Shown: piece by piece, positions 49,210-59,702 of the stretch | Position numbering within the stretch: position 1 is the first letter of the stretch | Layout of the letters: every line of letters starts with the position of its first letter | From: an uncultured Acholeplasmataceae bacterium | GTDB taxonomy: Bacteria > Bacillota_I > Bacilli_A > Acholeplasmatales > Acholeplasmataceae | Direction of reading: 5' to 3' | Assembly (NCBI GenBank): GCA_964553755.1 | Contig: CAZKLM010000002.1 | Location: 5,021 to 69,020 of the forward strand | DNA length: 64,000 nt | The notes under the pieces: model-generated | Seen by the model: the letters and a program-made list of their open reading frames with translations, nothing else | Told to the model about the DNA's origin: nothing | The model's database searches: none | Position numbers and translations under genes: made by a program

Positions 49210-51621
49210 ATGAAAAAACTTATTGTCTTGTTATTGCTAGGTGCTTTTGCCTTTTTGGGCTTGGCAAACACAGTTTATGCAGATGATGAAAATGAACTGA
49301 TTGACTTATATCCCTACAACAACATCGGATGTATGACAACCAACTTACCTTGTGCCAATACACGAGTCGGTACATCGAATTGGAAAATCGAGTATAACGG
49401 CTATCGTTACCATATGGTTCGAGGAAGTGCGCGTTATGCCAAGGATTTTGTTGATTCAAACGCAGATGGGTTTATCAGTGCAACCGAAATGGGTTCACTG
49501 ACGTTCAATGCGTTTGCATCGATGATCATCAACGACACGGATGAAGAAGTTGTTTTATCAACGGCTAACGGTCGTGCAGATTTGACATCCGTTGTCCAAC
49601 GGATTTACACGTACTGGGATGCTAATGGCAAACTGCAAATGATTGAAGACCAAATCTTCAGCTATCACATTTTGAATGAAGGCACTGCAGAAGCTCCAAA
49701 TTGGCGTTTAGCGACCCAAGCTGAAGAAGATGCTTATGTAGCCGCTCCTGCCGATGAGAAACCAGCCAACATGATGGTTGCAAGCATTAGAATGAAATTA
49801 GATGCCAGCAATCCAAAAGGCTATGTGCTCGAACCTATCGTATGGATTCAATGGGTTAAAGTCGGTGTGAACAAAGCCGTTGACCCTGTTGAAACATGGT
49901 CTGATATTATTGCTGGAGATCCTGATTATGTGACCATCCCAGCAGGATGGACTGTCGTGAGTTTTGGAACATTGGATCGTGATAACACCAATCCCAAAAC
50001 CGTAACAATGATTAAAGATTTTAGATGGGCGATGTTGGATGCTACTGTTGATCCAGTTAACATTTATTATGTTCACCAACCCGCTGTTTTTGCAGGAATC
50101 ACTGCACTAGATAGTGACCTTGTTACGCCAGGTATCAACATCATTGTTGAGTACGAGGGCTCCTTTGATCTTCCAGAGACCATTACCGCTACATGGATTA
50201 ACATGTTTGATGCGCAAGGAAAAATTCTTAATCGCGAAGACAAGTTGAACTTCCGTGTGGAAATCTCGCAAGAAGATGAAATTCTAGAAACCATTCATTA
50301 TACTTACAACGCAGAAACCAACACGTACACTGCAAGTGGTCCAGTTACCGTTGTGGATTCCAGTCAGTTTGGTGTGGGTTATTTAGCCACATGGATTGCT
50401 GAAACACCTAAAGGCGACATCACCCGTGTTGAAGCTGACATCGCTGTTGGGGTTCTTCCTCCTCGCTTCGTTGGTGTGAAAGACCGTTATGTTGATGAAG
50501 GGGTTGTGGTAGACTTCCTAGAAGGAATTACCGCTAACGATGGTTATGGCAATGATAAGACGCAAACAATTATCGTCACTGAACCAGCAGGATTCAACCG
50601 TTTCAATCCAAAACCTGGTCAATACACCATCATGTTAGAGTTCACGCATAACGTATTCATCGCTGGTGTTCCATCGATTGTTACGGTTAAAGCAGAACAA
50701 GTTTCTTATAACCTCGATCTACATTACAACAAGCCTGTTGCTGTCAATGCCGATGCTGGTGTCTTCAAAGTTTGGTCCGATGCTTCAATTTTTAGAACAG
50801 TCGGAAGCGCATGGGGATCAGTCATGATCGTTGTCGCTGCAGATGGTACACTTAAAGAACGTTATGACCGTTACAATTGGGAACACACCACTTCAACTGG
50901 CACCGTAGTAGGCGATGCAACACAGTTTGCTGCATGGCAAGCTAATCTGGTTCTTCTCCCAGGCGAATACGTTGTTGGCGCACACGGAAGTGTTCATGCA
51001 ACACGTTTAAGAGCTGCAAACTTGGCATTTGGAGATCCTGTTGTTGTTCAAATTGGAAAAGCTGATTTCAGTTATGACATCGTCACCCAAAGAAGTTATG
51101 TGTTAACCATTGACGATATTACCCCACCAACCTTGCTTGTTGTCAAACCTAAAGTTGTCATCACTGCAGGTGAGTTCACCAATGTAAATGAAGTGGTATT
51201 AGGCAATGTTGTTGCCCTTGATAACTACGACACAGCAAGCCAATTGGCTCTCTATGTTTCTTCTAGTGGTGGTCTCAATCTAAACAATCCAGGAACGTAT
51301 ACCGTGAGTGTTACAGCAGAAGACCGTGCGGGTAACGCATCGGTCGTGACGTTCCAAGTGGAAGTCAAAGCACCTGTTATCACCAACTCAAGCATCATGG
51401 ATATGATTGAAAACAACACCATCAGTGAAGCAGAAGTTCAAGCGTTAATTGATGCTGGCAAGATTACGCCACAACAAATTCAAGCATTGATTGATGCTTC
51501 CATCAACCAATTGCCAGAAGACCAAGTGGGAACATCCTTAGTGACCACGATTCTAATCGCTCTTGCATCGGGTTTATTATCCTTTGGAGCAGCCTTTGTT
51601 CTCTTGAAGAAAAAACTCTAA
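49210..51621 (+). CDS. Surface protein with Ig-like (DUF5011/Big_3-like) domains and C-terminal TM anchor; function unknown
   Basis: Signal peptide ending VYA; GITANDGYG, PGQYTI, DITPPTL, PGTYTVSVTAEDRAGN; C-terminal TM + KKK; RBS AGGAGG. Confidence 0.75.
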   Translation: MKKLIVLLLLGAFAFLGLANTVYADDENELIDLYPYNNIGCMTTNLPCANTRVGTSNWKIEYNGYRYHMVRGSARYAKDFVDSNADGFISATEMGSLTFNAFASMIINDTDEEVVLSTANGRADLTSVVQRIYTYWDANGKLQMIEDQIFSYHILNEGTAEAPNWRLATQAEEDAYVAAPADEKPANMMVASIRMKLDASNPKGYVLEPIVWIQWVKVGVNKAVDPVETWSDIIAGDPDYVTIPAGWTVVSFGTLDRDNTNPKTVTMIKDFRWAMLDATVDPVNIYYVHQPAVFAGITALDSDLVTPGINIIVEYEGSFDLPETITATWINMFDAQGKILNREDKLNFRVEISQEDEILETIHYTYNAETNTYTASGPVTVVDSSQFGVGYLATWIAETPKGDITRVEADIAVGVLPPRFVGVKDRYVDEGVVVDFLEGITANDGYGNDKTQTIIVTEPAGFNRFNPKPGQYTIMLEFTHNVFIAGVPSIVTVKAEQVSYNLDLHYNKPVAVNADAGVFKVWSDASIFRTVGSAWGSVMIVVAADGTLKERYDRYNWEHTTSTGTVVGDATQFAAWQANLVLLPGEYVVGAHGSVHATRLRAANLAFGDPVVVQIGKADFSYDIVTQRSYVLTIDDITPPTLLVVKPKVVITAGEFTNVNEVVLGNVVALDNYDTASQLALYVSSSGGLNLNNPGTYTVSVTAEDRAGNASVVTFQVEVKAPVITNSSIMDMIENNTISEAEVQALIDAGKITPQQIQALIDASINQLPEDQVGTSLVTTILIALASGLLSFGAAFVLLKKKL

Positions 51622-51644
51622 TTTAATTACGAATTAAGTCATTT

Positions 51645-51672
51645 AAGTACCCGATTCATCGGGTACTTTTTT
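51645..51672 (+). terminator. Intrinsic terminator
   Basis: AAGTACCCGA-ttca-TCGGGTACTT then T run. Confidence 0.85.
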
Positions 51673-51833
51673 GTCAAAAACACGAGGTTTATGTAAAAAT
51701 AATTTTCCGTTTTTGAAAAAGCGTCTAGAGCCATATGCATTCCCCTTTTACATAAGGTATAATGAAACTAACATAATGCTTAAGCATTAGGCTCTAAAAC
51801 AGATGAAATTAGTTTAAAGAAAGAGGTAATCCT

Positions 51834-53444
51834 ATGAAAAGAAGTATAACCGTCATAGCGTTGATTTTGATGATTGTAGCCTTGGTTGCTTGCGGACCTA
51901 AAACAGAAGATCCGAAAGGAAACTCAGCGACGATTAAAGGAGCAAACGACGTTTCGCTTAACATTGGTGAATCGTTTGATCCTATGGCCGGTGTCACTGC
52001 AACAGACACCAAAGATGGGGATATCACCAGTAAGATTTTGGTGACCGGTACGGTGAACCTAAATACAGCAGGAAATTATACATTGACGTATACCGTAACG
52101 GGCAGTGATGGAAAAACCGTCACCGTCACACGCAAGGTTTCAGTATTGACCGAATCCGGTTGTCCTGTTAACCAACATCGTGTCAACGGCGTTTGTGTGG
52201 ATATTCCAAAACAGGAAATTGTGATTATGCACGGTGCTACGCACGAAGTGGATCCTTTCCACTCGGCTTTCAGTGGAACCGAACAACTTCTTCGTCAACA
52301 AAAGCAACGTGAGGTCGAAGAACTGTATAACGTTAAAGTGGTTTACCGAGCGTATCCAGCAGAAGCTGCGTGGGGACCATCACGCGTGAATGCCATCATT
52401 CAAGCCTCCGTTTCAGGCAATCATTTGGCTGATATCTACTGGACTACCAGTGACTGGACTCAACAGCTTGCTTCAGCTGAAGCGATTGTTTCAGTGGACA
52501 AATACTTAAACGACATTGGAAAGAACATTGACCCAATTGTCCGAGAAATTGGAACCTATCGCGATCAAGTGTTCGCGTTTGCACCTGAAAAGATGACCGT
52601 CACGAATGGACTTTATTATAACGCAGACCTAGTGGCTAGTTTAGGTGTTCCTAATCCAACATCGCTTTTCTTAAGCGGCAACTGGAACTGGACGACTTTT
52701 GAAAATTGGGCCAAACAGGTTCAAGCAGCCATGAATGCCCAAGGTGAAGGCATGTATGCACTCGGTGGAATGGTTTCCAACTATGCAGAAAACATGATTC
52801 CTCTTAACGGTGGCAGCCTTATTAATGCTCGAACTAAGCGGGTGGCTTTTGCACAAAATCCAGCTTTAGAAACCTATACCTTCCTTACCGGTTTATACAA
52901 TCAAAACTTATGGGAGTTAAATCCACAATACGATGCAGGTAGCCCCGAGTGGCAAAGCGGAAAGGTCGCCATGTATCCAGGAAATTTGTGGTTTGTGACC
53001 GCGGATAACCGTTGGGGAACATTGGCATTTGAACTTGGATTTGTCCCTTATCCAGTTTCACCTACCTTTCAAGGTGAGTACGTTTCGCCTGTCAGTGGAG
53101 TAGCTGTTTACAATGTGGCTAGCGGCATGACGGCTGAAAAAGAGCGATTAGTTTTTGAGGTTTGGAACGCCCTGCAAATTTGGCGCACCGAAGCGGAATA
53201 CAGTGCATCGTTCGAATTGTCGTTGATTACCCGTTTTGATAAGCAAATCTATATTGATGCTTACATGCAAATCTACGATAAGGTTTATTTGGAACTGATT
53301 AATGCGATTGGGATAAACCCTTATACCGAAAACGCATGGAGACGTAACATCAACATCGCGATACGCGAAGGAAATGCTCGAACCATTGTTGATCAAATCA
53401 AACCGATTTATGATGCTGCTTTGGAAGCGTATTTAAACCAATAA
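51834..53444 (+). CDS. Carbohydrate ABC transporter solute-binding lipoprotein with N-terminal DUF5011 Ig-like domain
   Basis: LVACG lipobox; FDPMAGVTATD..DGDIT...GNYTLTYTV; LYYNADL, GNWNWTTF, GFVPYP. Confidence 0.85.
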   Translation: MKRSITVIALILMIVALVACGPKTEDPKGNSATIKGANDVSLNIGESFDPMAGVTATDTKDGDITSKILVTGTVNLNTAGNYTLTYTVTGSDGKTVTVTRKVSVLTESGCPVNQHRVNGVCVDIPKQEIVIMHGATHEVDPFHSAFSGTEQLLRQQKQREVEELYNVKVVYRAYPAEAAWGPSRVNAIIQASVSGNHLADIYWTTSDWTQQLASAEAIVSVDKYLNDIGKNIDPIVREIGTYRDQVFAFAPEKMTVTNGLYYNADLVASLGVPNPTSLFLSGNWNWTTFENWAKQVQAAMNAQGEGMYALGGMVSNYAENMIPLNGGSLINARTKRVAFAQNPALETYTFLTGLYNQNLWELNPQYDAGSPEWQSGKVAMYPGNLWFVTADNRWGTLAFELGFVPYPVSPTFQGEYVSPVSGVAVYNVASGMTAEKERLVFEVWNALQIWRTEAEYSASFELSLITRFDKQIYIDAYMQIYDKVYLELINAIGINPYTENAWRRNINIAIREGNARTIVDQIKPIYDAALEAYLNQ

Positions 53445-53456
53445 TTAAGCCGATAA

Positions 53457-53476
53457 CCCCCTCATTTTTGAGGGGG
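53457..53476 (+). other. Stem-loop without U-tract after SBP gene (probable mRNA-stabilising element)
   Basis: CCCCCTCA-tttt-TGAGGGGG followed by ACCG, not a T run. Confidence 0.6.
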
Positions 53477-53499
53477 ACCGTTGTTCAAAAGGAGTCAAT

Positions 53500-56415
53500 A
53501 TGAAGAAATCACTATGGATTACACTCGCCATCGTCCTGTCGCTCTTTTTATACTTTGGCATCAAGGATGAAGTGAATAGACACAGCCAAAATCACTTACG
53601 GTGGAATGTGAATGATCGAGAATGGGATGGATTGGATCAGGCTTTTTTGCATGCTTCCGATTATTTTCTTTATAAGAAATCCTATCCCCAGTCCTTTCCT
53701 CAAGTCCCATCTTTATCCATTCAAGGGGCTTCTTTTGACGATGCCGTTGGCAATCATCATCTTGTGGATCAATACCAAGGACGATCTCATCTGTTGTTGA
53801 TGGATGAGCAAGGATCGGTCACTTGGGTGTTTGACATTGTAGAGGAAGGCTTTTATCATCTTCGTTTGGATTATTTTCCTTATGAAGGCAAAAGCGCAAT
53901 GATCGAACGTTCCATCAAAATTAATCATGAAATTCCTTTTGAAGGAGCAAAGAATGTGTCGTTTCATCGTATTTGGGGAAGTGCATCGGGTGTTACCCAA
54001 GACATTTTTGGAAACGACATAAGACCGAAACAAATCGAAAAGCCGCAATGGACATCGGCTTATTTCCAAGATTCCATTGGGCATATCAATGAGATTTACG
54101 CGTTTTACTTTTATCAAGGTTCGAACACCATCACCTTAGAATCCATTCGCGAACCGTTGATGATTGATAAAATAACCCTTGAAAGCGTTCAAGAGATTCC
54201 CGATTATCAAGATATAAAAGCAAGTTATCAAGCCAAAGGATACGTTTTAGCAAACCAAGATTTGATGAAACTTCAAGCGGAAGACTTTACCTATTCCACA
54301 TCACCCACCATCTATCCCCTTAACGATCGGACCAGTGTTAAAACCGTCCCTAGCGATCCACGTTTGATTCGTTTGAACACCATTGGTGGAAACAATTGGC
54401 GTGTTGCTGGAGACCGGATTACATGGACCTTGACCGTTGAGCAAGATGGTCTATACACCATAAGCCTTCGTGTTAAGCAAAAACTGGCGACTGGAATGAG
54501 TGTGGCTAGAAAGATTACAGTGGATGGGGAAGTGCCGTTTAAGGAACTGGAAAACTATGCATTCATCCACCATAATGATTGGCGAGTTCAAACATTAGGA
54601 ACGAAAGATGAGCCCTTTTTGTTTTACTTTGAAGCCAATCGCCCGTATCGATTAAGCATGGAAGTTTCCTTGGGGCATTATGGACCACTCATTGCTCAAA
54701 CACAAAATTCCATTAATGAACTCAATCAAATCTACCGTGAAATTTTGGTTTACACCGGACCTCAACCCGACCCTTTTAGGGATTATCAGTTGACAGAACG
54801 CATCCCCAATCTACTCAGTCGTTTGATCGAACAAAGAGATAATTTAGATCGTGTTCGATCCTCCATTATCCAGATTTCTGGATCGAAAAGTGAAAAAACT
54901 GGCATTTTGGATACCGTCTTGTTGCAATTGAATGATTTTATTGAAAAACCACGGGAAATCCATAAAAACCTCAGCATTTATAACGGAAACATATCCTCTT
55001 TAGGGACATTAATCATTTTGCTTAATGCCCAACCGCTTGAAATTGATTACTTTATTTTGCATCACCCCGATCATCGTCTTCCCGTTGCAAGAGGCGGGTT
55101 CTTTGAAAACCTTTGGTATGATTTCCGAGCGTTTTTTAGCACATTTTTTACCGATTATTCGCAAGTTGGAAAAACAGCCATAGAAGGTTCTAATCGAACC
55201 ATTGAAGTGTGGCTGTCCATTGGGAAAGACCAAGCCAATGTGCTTAGACGTTTAATCGATGAATCCTTCACGCCAGCTACGGGCATTCAAGTGGATTTAA
55301 AACTGGTGAATGCAGGAGTGCTCCTTCCAGCCACACTGGCCAAAGTAGGCCCTGATGTGGCCATGAACTTAGGCAATACCATCCCAATAAATTATGCCAT
55401 GCGAAATGCGGTTTATGATTTAACAGCTTTTGATGATTTTGATGAAGTGGCCGCCTTGTTCAAAGAAAGCGCCTTGATTCCTTACCAATATGAGGGGGGA
55501 ACATTTGCGTTACCCGAACAACAGATTTTCTTAATGATGTTTTATCGCAGAGATATTTTCGAAGACTTAGGATTAACCCCACCTAATACGTGGGATGAGG
55601 TTATTACCTTGATTCCCGATCTTCAGAAACATAACCTTGAGTTTTTCTTACCCGTCCCAGTCACCGTGGGAACCATTGCGGATTTGCCGCCAAACCCCGT
55701 TTTTTCATCCATGTTTTATCAAGCAGATGGCGAGTTCTACATTAACAACAACCGTGAAAGTGGGTTTAATGAAGGACTAGGACCGATGATTTTCGAAAAA
55801 TGGACCCAGTTTTATACCGATTATTCTTTTCCAGTGGAAGCCAACTTCGTGAATCGTTTTAGAAGCGGGCAAATGCCCATTGGAATCTCCTATTACAACA
55901 CTTATAACATTTTGTCGGTTTTTGCCCCAGAAATCCGGGGTCGTTGGGACTTTCTTCCGATTCCTGGCACATGGGACTTAGACAATCAAGGACAGCCGTA
56001 TCTAAGAAGAGAAACGGTATCAACGGGGACCGGCATTATGATTATGGAACAAGCCAGAAACAAGAAAGATGCTTGGGAGTTTTTAAAATGGTGGGTTTCC
56101 ACCGAGACACAAGTCCAATTTGGACGCGAAATGGAAGGCATCTTAGGAGCAGCAGCGCGCTATCCAACAGCCAACGTCGAAGCCATGAGCCGGTTACCAT
56201 GGACGGTTTCTGAGTATCAACGCCTTGAGGCGCAATGGAACTGGGTGCGTGGCATTCCTGAAGTTCCAGGCGGATACATGACTGGAAGACACTTAGATAA
56301 TGCGTTTAGACTGGTTTTAGAAGAAAGTTCAAATCCTAGAGAAACCATTTATGATTTTGTTCAAATCATTAATGAAGAAATTTTAAAGAAACGCCGCGAG
56401 TTCGGCTTAGAATAG
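53500..56415 (+). CDS. Very large extracellular solute-binding protein with N-terminal CBM-like beta-sandwich domains
   Basis: N-terminal TM; LQAED, W...G.Y.I.L repeats; C-terminal SBP motifs IDESFTP.TGI.V, GPDVA, MFYRRDIF, PNTWDE, FRSGQMPI, AWEFLKWW, VPGGY. Confidence 0.85.
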   Translation: MKKSLWITLAIVLSLFLYFGIKDEVNRHSQNHLRWNVNDREWDGLDQAFLHASDYFLYKKSYPQSFPQVPSLSIQGASFDDAVGNHHLVDQYQGRSHLLLMDEQGSVTWVFDIVEEGFYHLRLDYFPYEGKSAMIERSIKINHEIPFEGAKNVSFHRIWGSASGVTQDIFGNDIRPKQIEKPQWTSAYFQDSIGHINEIYAFYFYQGSNTITLESIREPLMIDKITLESVQEIPDYQDIKASYQAKGYVLANQDLMKLQAEDFTYSTSPTIYPLNDRTSVKTVPSDPRLIRLNTIGGNNWRVAGDRITWTLTVEQDGLYTISLRVKQKLATGMSVARKITVDGEVPFKELENYAFIHHNDWRVQTLGTKDEPFLFYFEANRPYRLSMEVSLGHYGPLIAQTQNSINELNQIYREILVYTGPQPDPFRDYQLTERIPNLLSRLIEQRDNLDRVRSSIIQISGSKSEKTGILDTVLLQLNDFIEKPREIHKNLSIYNGNISSLGTLIILLNAQPLEIDYFILHHPDHRLPVARGGFFENLWYDFRAFFSTFFTDYSQVGKTAIEGSNRTIEVWLSIGKDQANVLRRLIDESFTPATGIQVDLKLVNAGVLLPATLAKVGPDVAMNLGNTIPINYAMRNAVYDLTAFDDFDEVAALFKESALIPYQYEGGTFALPEQQIFLMMFYRRDIFEDLGLTPPNTWDEVITLIPDLQKHNLEFFLPVPVTVGTIADLPPNPVFSSMFYQADGEFYINNNRESGFNEGLGPMIFEKWTQFYTDYSFPVEANFVNRFRSGQMPIGISYYNTYNILSVFAPEIRGRWDFLPIPGTWDLDNQGQPYLRRETVSTGTGIMIMEQARNKKDAWEFLKWWVSTETQVQFGREMEGILGAAARYPTANVEAMSRLPWTVSEYQRLEAQWNWVRGIPEVPGGYMTGRHLDNAFRLVLEESSNPRETIYDFVQIINEEILKKRREFGLE

Positions 56416-56425
56416 GAGACGATGC

Positions 56426-57361
56426 ATGGACGTTCAAATTAAACCAACGACACAAAAGCACGTCAAATTTCATCTGCTTGTTAAAGAACTCAAGCGGTTT
56501 AAGCATCACTACGTGTTGATGGCTCCGTATGTGCTTTTGTTCATGACGTTCACGATTATTCCCGTGTTCATGTCGCTTGGCATCAGTTTCACGTATTTCA
56601 ATTTACTCGAACCCCCTCGATTCATCGGATTGGACAATTACATCAAACTATTGCTTGATGATGATATTTTTATCATTTCATTAAAAAATACATTAATCTT
56701 AGCGGTCGTTACAGGTCCGGTTAGCTATCTATTGGCCTTTGTGTTCGCTTGGTTAATCAATGAGTTAAAACCCAAACTTAGGGCGTTTATGACGTTAATT
56801 TTTTACGCTCCATCCATTTCGGGAAATGCCTTTTTAATTTGGTTATTGATTTTCTCAGGCGATGTGCATGGGTACGCGAACTCCATCTTGATTCGTTTTG
56901 GCTTTTTGGATAATCCGATTTTATGGTTAAAAGATCCGAATTACATCATGATGGTTATCATCATTGTCCAACTCTGGCTCTCGTTAGGTGTCAGTTTTCT
57001 AGCGTTCATCGCTGGTCTTCAAAGCATTGATAAAACGCTTTTTGAAGCGGGAGCCATTGATGGGATTAAAAACAGATGGCAAGAGTTGTGGTTTATTACC
57101 CTCCCTTCCATGAAACCTCAGTTAATGTTTGGTGCCGTCATGCAAATTACCACCAGCTTGGCGATTGCAGAAGTCTCAATGCAGTTAGTAGGCTTTCCAT
57201 CCGTTCAGTATGCTGGGCATACCATCGTGACACATTTGATTGACTTTGGTTCGGTGCGCTTTGATTTGGGGTATGCCTCCGCTATTGCGACCCTTTTGTT
57301 CATCATCATGATGTCGACCAATCTCTTGGTCCGCAACATCTTGCGAAAGGTGGGGGACTAA
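56426..57361 (+). CDS. Carbohydrate ABC transporter permease (MalF/UgpA-type)
   Basis: FIGLDNY, FIAGLQSIDKTLFEAGAIDG, ITLPSMKP, GYASAIA. Confidence 0.93.
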   Translation: MDVQIKPTTQKHVKFHLLVKELKRFKHHYVLMAPYVLLFMTFTIIPVFMSLGISFTYFNLLEPPRFIGLDNYIKLLLDDDIFIISLKNTLILAVVTGPVSYLLAFVFAWLINELKPKLRAFMTLIFYAPSISGNAFLIWLLIFSGDVHGYANSILIRFGFLDNPILWLKDPNYIMMVIIIVQLWLSLGVSFLAFIAGLQSIDKTLFEAGAIDGIKNRWQELWFITLPSMKPQLMFGAVMQITTSLAIAEVSMQLVGFPSVQYAGHTIVTHLIDFGSVRFDLGYASAIATLLFIIMMSTNLLVRNILRKVGD

Positions 57362-57362
57362 C

Positions 57363-58235
57363 ATGAAAAAACGTAAATGGTTCCAAATTAAAAAAATTCG
57401 CAAACTCAACCGGTCCATAAGCGGCGATATCGCTTTATTTGCGCTTTTGTTACTGTTTGGTTTCTTTAGTGCTTTTCCACTTATTATGACCACATCGAAT
57501 GCGTTTAAGTCGCTGGATGAACTGTTTTTATTCCCTCCACGGCTTTTCCCAAGAAACATTACATTTGATAATTTTAGAGATCTATCTGAACTCATGAGCA
57601 ACTCATGGATTCCTTTTTCAAGGTATTTCTTCAATACCATCTTAATCACCACATTAGGGACTGCGGGACACGTGTTGATTGCTTCCATGTGTGCTTATCC
57701 ACTGGCGAAATATAAATTTCCCGGACGCGGGCTCATTTTTACATTGGTGGTTTATTCGCTGATGTTTGCGCCACAAGTAACAGCAACACCCAACTACATC
57801 ATTATTTCCCAAATTGGCATCATTGATACGCCTTTTGCGATTATTTTACCAGCGATTGCATCCAGTTTGGGTCTTTATCTAATGAAACAGTTCATGCAGC
57901 AAATACCGGATGAACTTATTGAGTCCGCTAAAATTGATGGAGCCAGTGAGTACCGTATCTTTTTCCAAATCGTGATGCCGCTGGTTAAACCTGCTTGGCT
58001 GACATTGATTATTTTGTTATTTCAACGCTTATGGACCACCGATGGTGGATCCTTCATTTTCAGTGAGGAACTGAAACCAGTTTCCTATGCGTTAAGACAA
58101 ATCGCCCAAGGGACCATTGAGAGAGCAGGCACAATTGCGGCTGTCTCCTTTGTCATGATGCTTGTTCCAGTGACATTCTTCATTATTTCACAATCAAAGA
58201 TTGTGGAAACATTCAGTCACTCGGGCATGAAGTAG
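57363..58235 (+). CDS. Carbohydrate ABC transporter permease (MalG/UgpE-type)
   Basis: AYPLAK..FPG, IPDELIESAKIDGA, IVMPLVKP. Confidence 0.93.
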   Translation: MKKRKWFQIKKIRKLNRSISGDIALFALLLLFGFFSAFPLIMTTSNAFKSLDELFLFPPRLFPRNITFDNFRDLSELMSNSWIPFSRYFFNTILITTLGTAGHVLIASMCAYPLAKYKFPGRGLIFTLVVYSLMFAPQVTATPNYIIISQIGIIDTPFAIILPAIASSLGLYLMKQFMQQIPDELIESAKIDGASEYRIFFQIVMPLVKPAWLTLIILLFQRLWTTDGGSFIFSEELKPVSYALRQIAQGTIERAGTIAAVSFVMMLVPVTFFIISQSKIVETFSHSGMK

Positions 58236-58244
58236 GAGGCAAGT

Positions 58245-59702
58245 ATGATCAAAACAGTTTTGATGACCTTCTTGCTCATCACCTTACCCATTTCGGTTTC
58301 ATCGACACGCTACAATTACTCTTATCATGGACGCGTCATTCATTCCGCTCCAGGCATGACTTATGCCACGTCATTTAACGCACAAACATTAGGGATTGCC
58401 TTGTCATCTCCTGAGGATTTCGAAATCTATGACCAGCATATCTATTTGGTGGACTCGGTAGAAAATCATTTGGTTGTGATAAACAAAGATTTCCAAGTGG
58501 TAACAAAAATGACCACGTTTATGACCTCAGACGCCTTTTATGATGAAAGTGGCCTTTTAGAAATCACCTTAAGATCACCCTTTGGAATCGATGTTAAATC
58601 CAGCGGAATTTATATTGCAGATACCGGTAATAACCGCATTGTTAAACTGAACCATGATTTTCATGTGGTTGCCTTATTTAGTGAAATGGCGGATAAAACA
58701 TTCGATGAACTCTCCTTTGAACCCATCAAGATTACGGTTGATCCGACAGAACGGATGTATGTGGTTGCTAGAAACGTTTATGAAGGAATCGTCGAAGTGA
58801 ATCACGATGGCGCTTTTAATCGGTTTACCGGTGTCAATCCCATTCGCATGACGCCCATCGAGATTTTTAGAAGAAGCCTCATGACAGAAGCTCAGTTGGC
58901 TCAACTTAAACTCTATTTGCCAACCGAATACACTAATGTGTCGATCAATGACCGCAATTTTATTTATGCCACATCAAAACCTTCGACCAATAACGCTGAA
59001 AACATGATCCAGCTCATCAACCCTAAAGGCGTTGATGTCATCAAAAGAAACGGCTATCATCCGCCCATGGGGGATGTGCATTTCACCGATGGATCGAACA
59101 ATTATGTCGTAACTGGACCCAGTTTGTTGGTTGATATCGCGAGTACAGATTATGGTATTTATACCGTTTTGGATCAGAAACGTTCTCGACTGTTCACTTA
59201 CGATAGCGAAGGAAACTTGCTTTACATCAACGGAGATGAAGGGGCACAAAGCGACCGATTTGCCGATGGTGTTGCGATTGGCTATTTGGATGACGATCTC
59301 TTGCTTTTGGATCGACGTTCTCGCACCATGATTGTGTATCGTTTGACCGAATTCGGAGAATCGGTTAATTTGGCGATTCAGTATCATGCCATGGGGGAGT
59401 TTGATCAAGCAGCGGACATATGGAAAGAAGTCATTCGATTAAACACCAACTATGAGATGGCGTATAACGGGATTGGAAAATACCTTTTGCGCGAGGGTCT
59501 CTTTAGAGAAGCCATGCATTATTTCCGATTAGGCCATGATCGTTATTATTATTCCAAAGCGTTTCGAGGGTATCGAAATGAAATTATCAAGGCTAATTTT
59601 GGATTCATTGTCGGTTTCATTGCTCTGGGTTCTCTTGGAATTTTTGGACTTAAGATTTATCGAACCTATCGAAAAGGAGGAACCATACTTTATGAAGACT
59701 AA
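58245..59702 (+). CDS. NHL-repeat beta-propeller protein with TPR-like region and C-terminal TM
   Basis: SPEDF...YLVDS, SPFGI...YIADTGNNRIV, P.KITVD...MYVV; W..V...N.NY..AY.GIGK. Confidence 0.8.
   Translation: MIKTVLMTFLLITLPISVSSTRYNYSYHGRVIHSAPGMTYATSFNAQTLGIALSSPEDFEIYDQHIYLVDSVENHLVVINKDFQVVTKMTTFMTSDAFYDESGLLEITLRSPFGIDVKSSGIYIADTGNNRIVKLNHDFHVVALFSEMADKTFDELSFEPIKITVDPTERMYVVARNVYEGIVEVNHDGAFNRFTGVNPIRMTPIEIFRRSLMTEAQLAQLKLYLPTEYTNVSINDRNFIYATSKPSTNNAENMIQLINPKGVDVIKRNGYHPPMGDVHFTDGSNNYVVTGPSLLVDIASTDYGIYTVLDQKRSRLFTYDSEGNLLYINGDEGAQSDRFADGVAIGYLDDDLLLLDRRSRTMIVYRLTEFGESVNLAIQYHAMGEFDQAADIWKEVIRLNTNYEMAYNGIGKYLLREGLFREAMHYFRLGHDRYYYSKAFRGYRNEIIKANFGFIVGFIALGSLGIFGLKIYRTYRKGGTILYED

Noticed and set aside
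51511..51531. Sortase signal (LPEDQVG) before the TM anchor
   Set aside because: Does not match LPxTG; treated as a plain TM anchor
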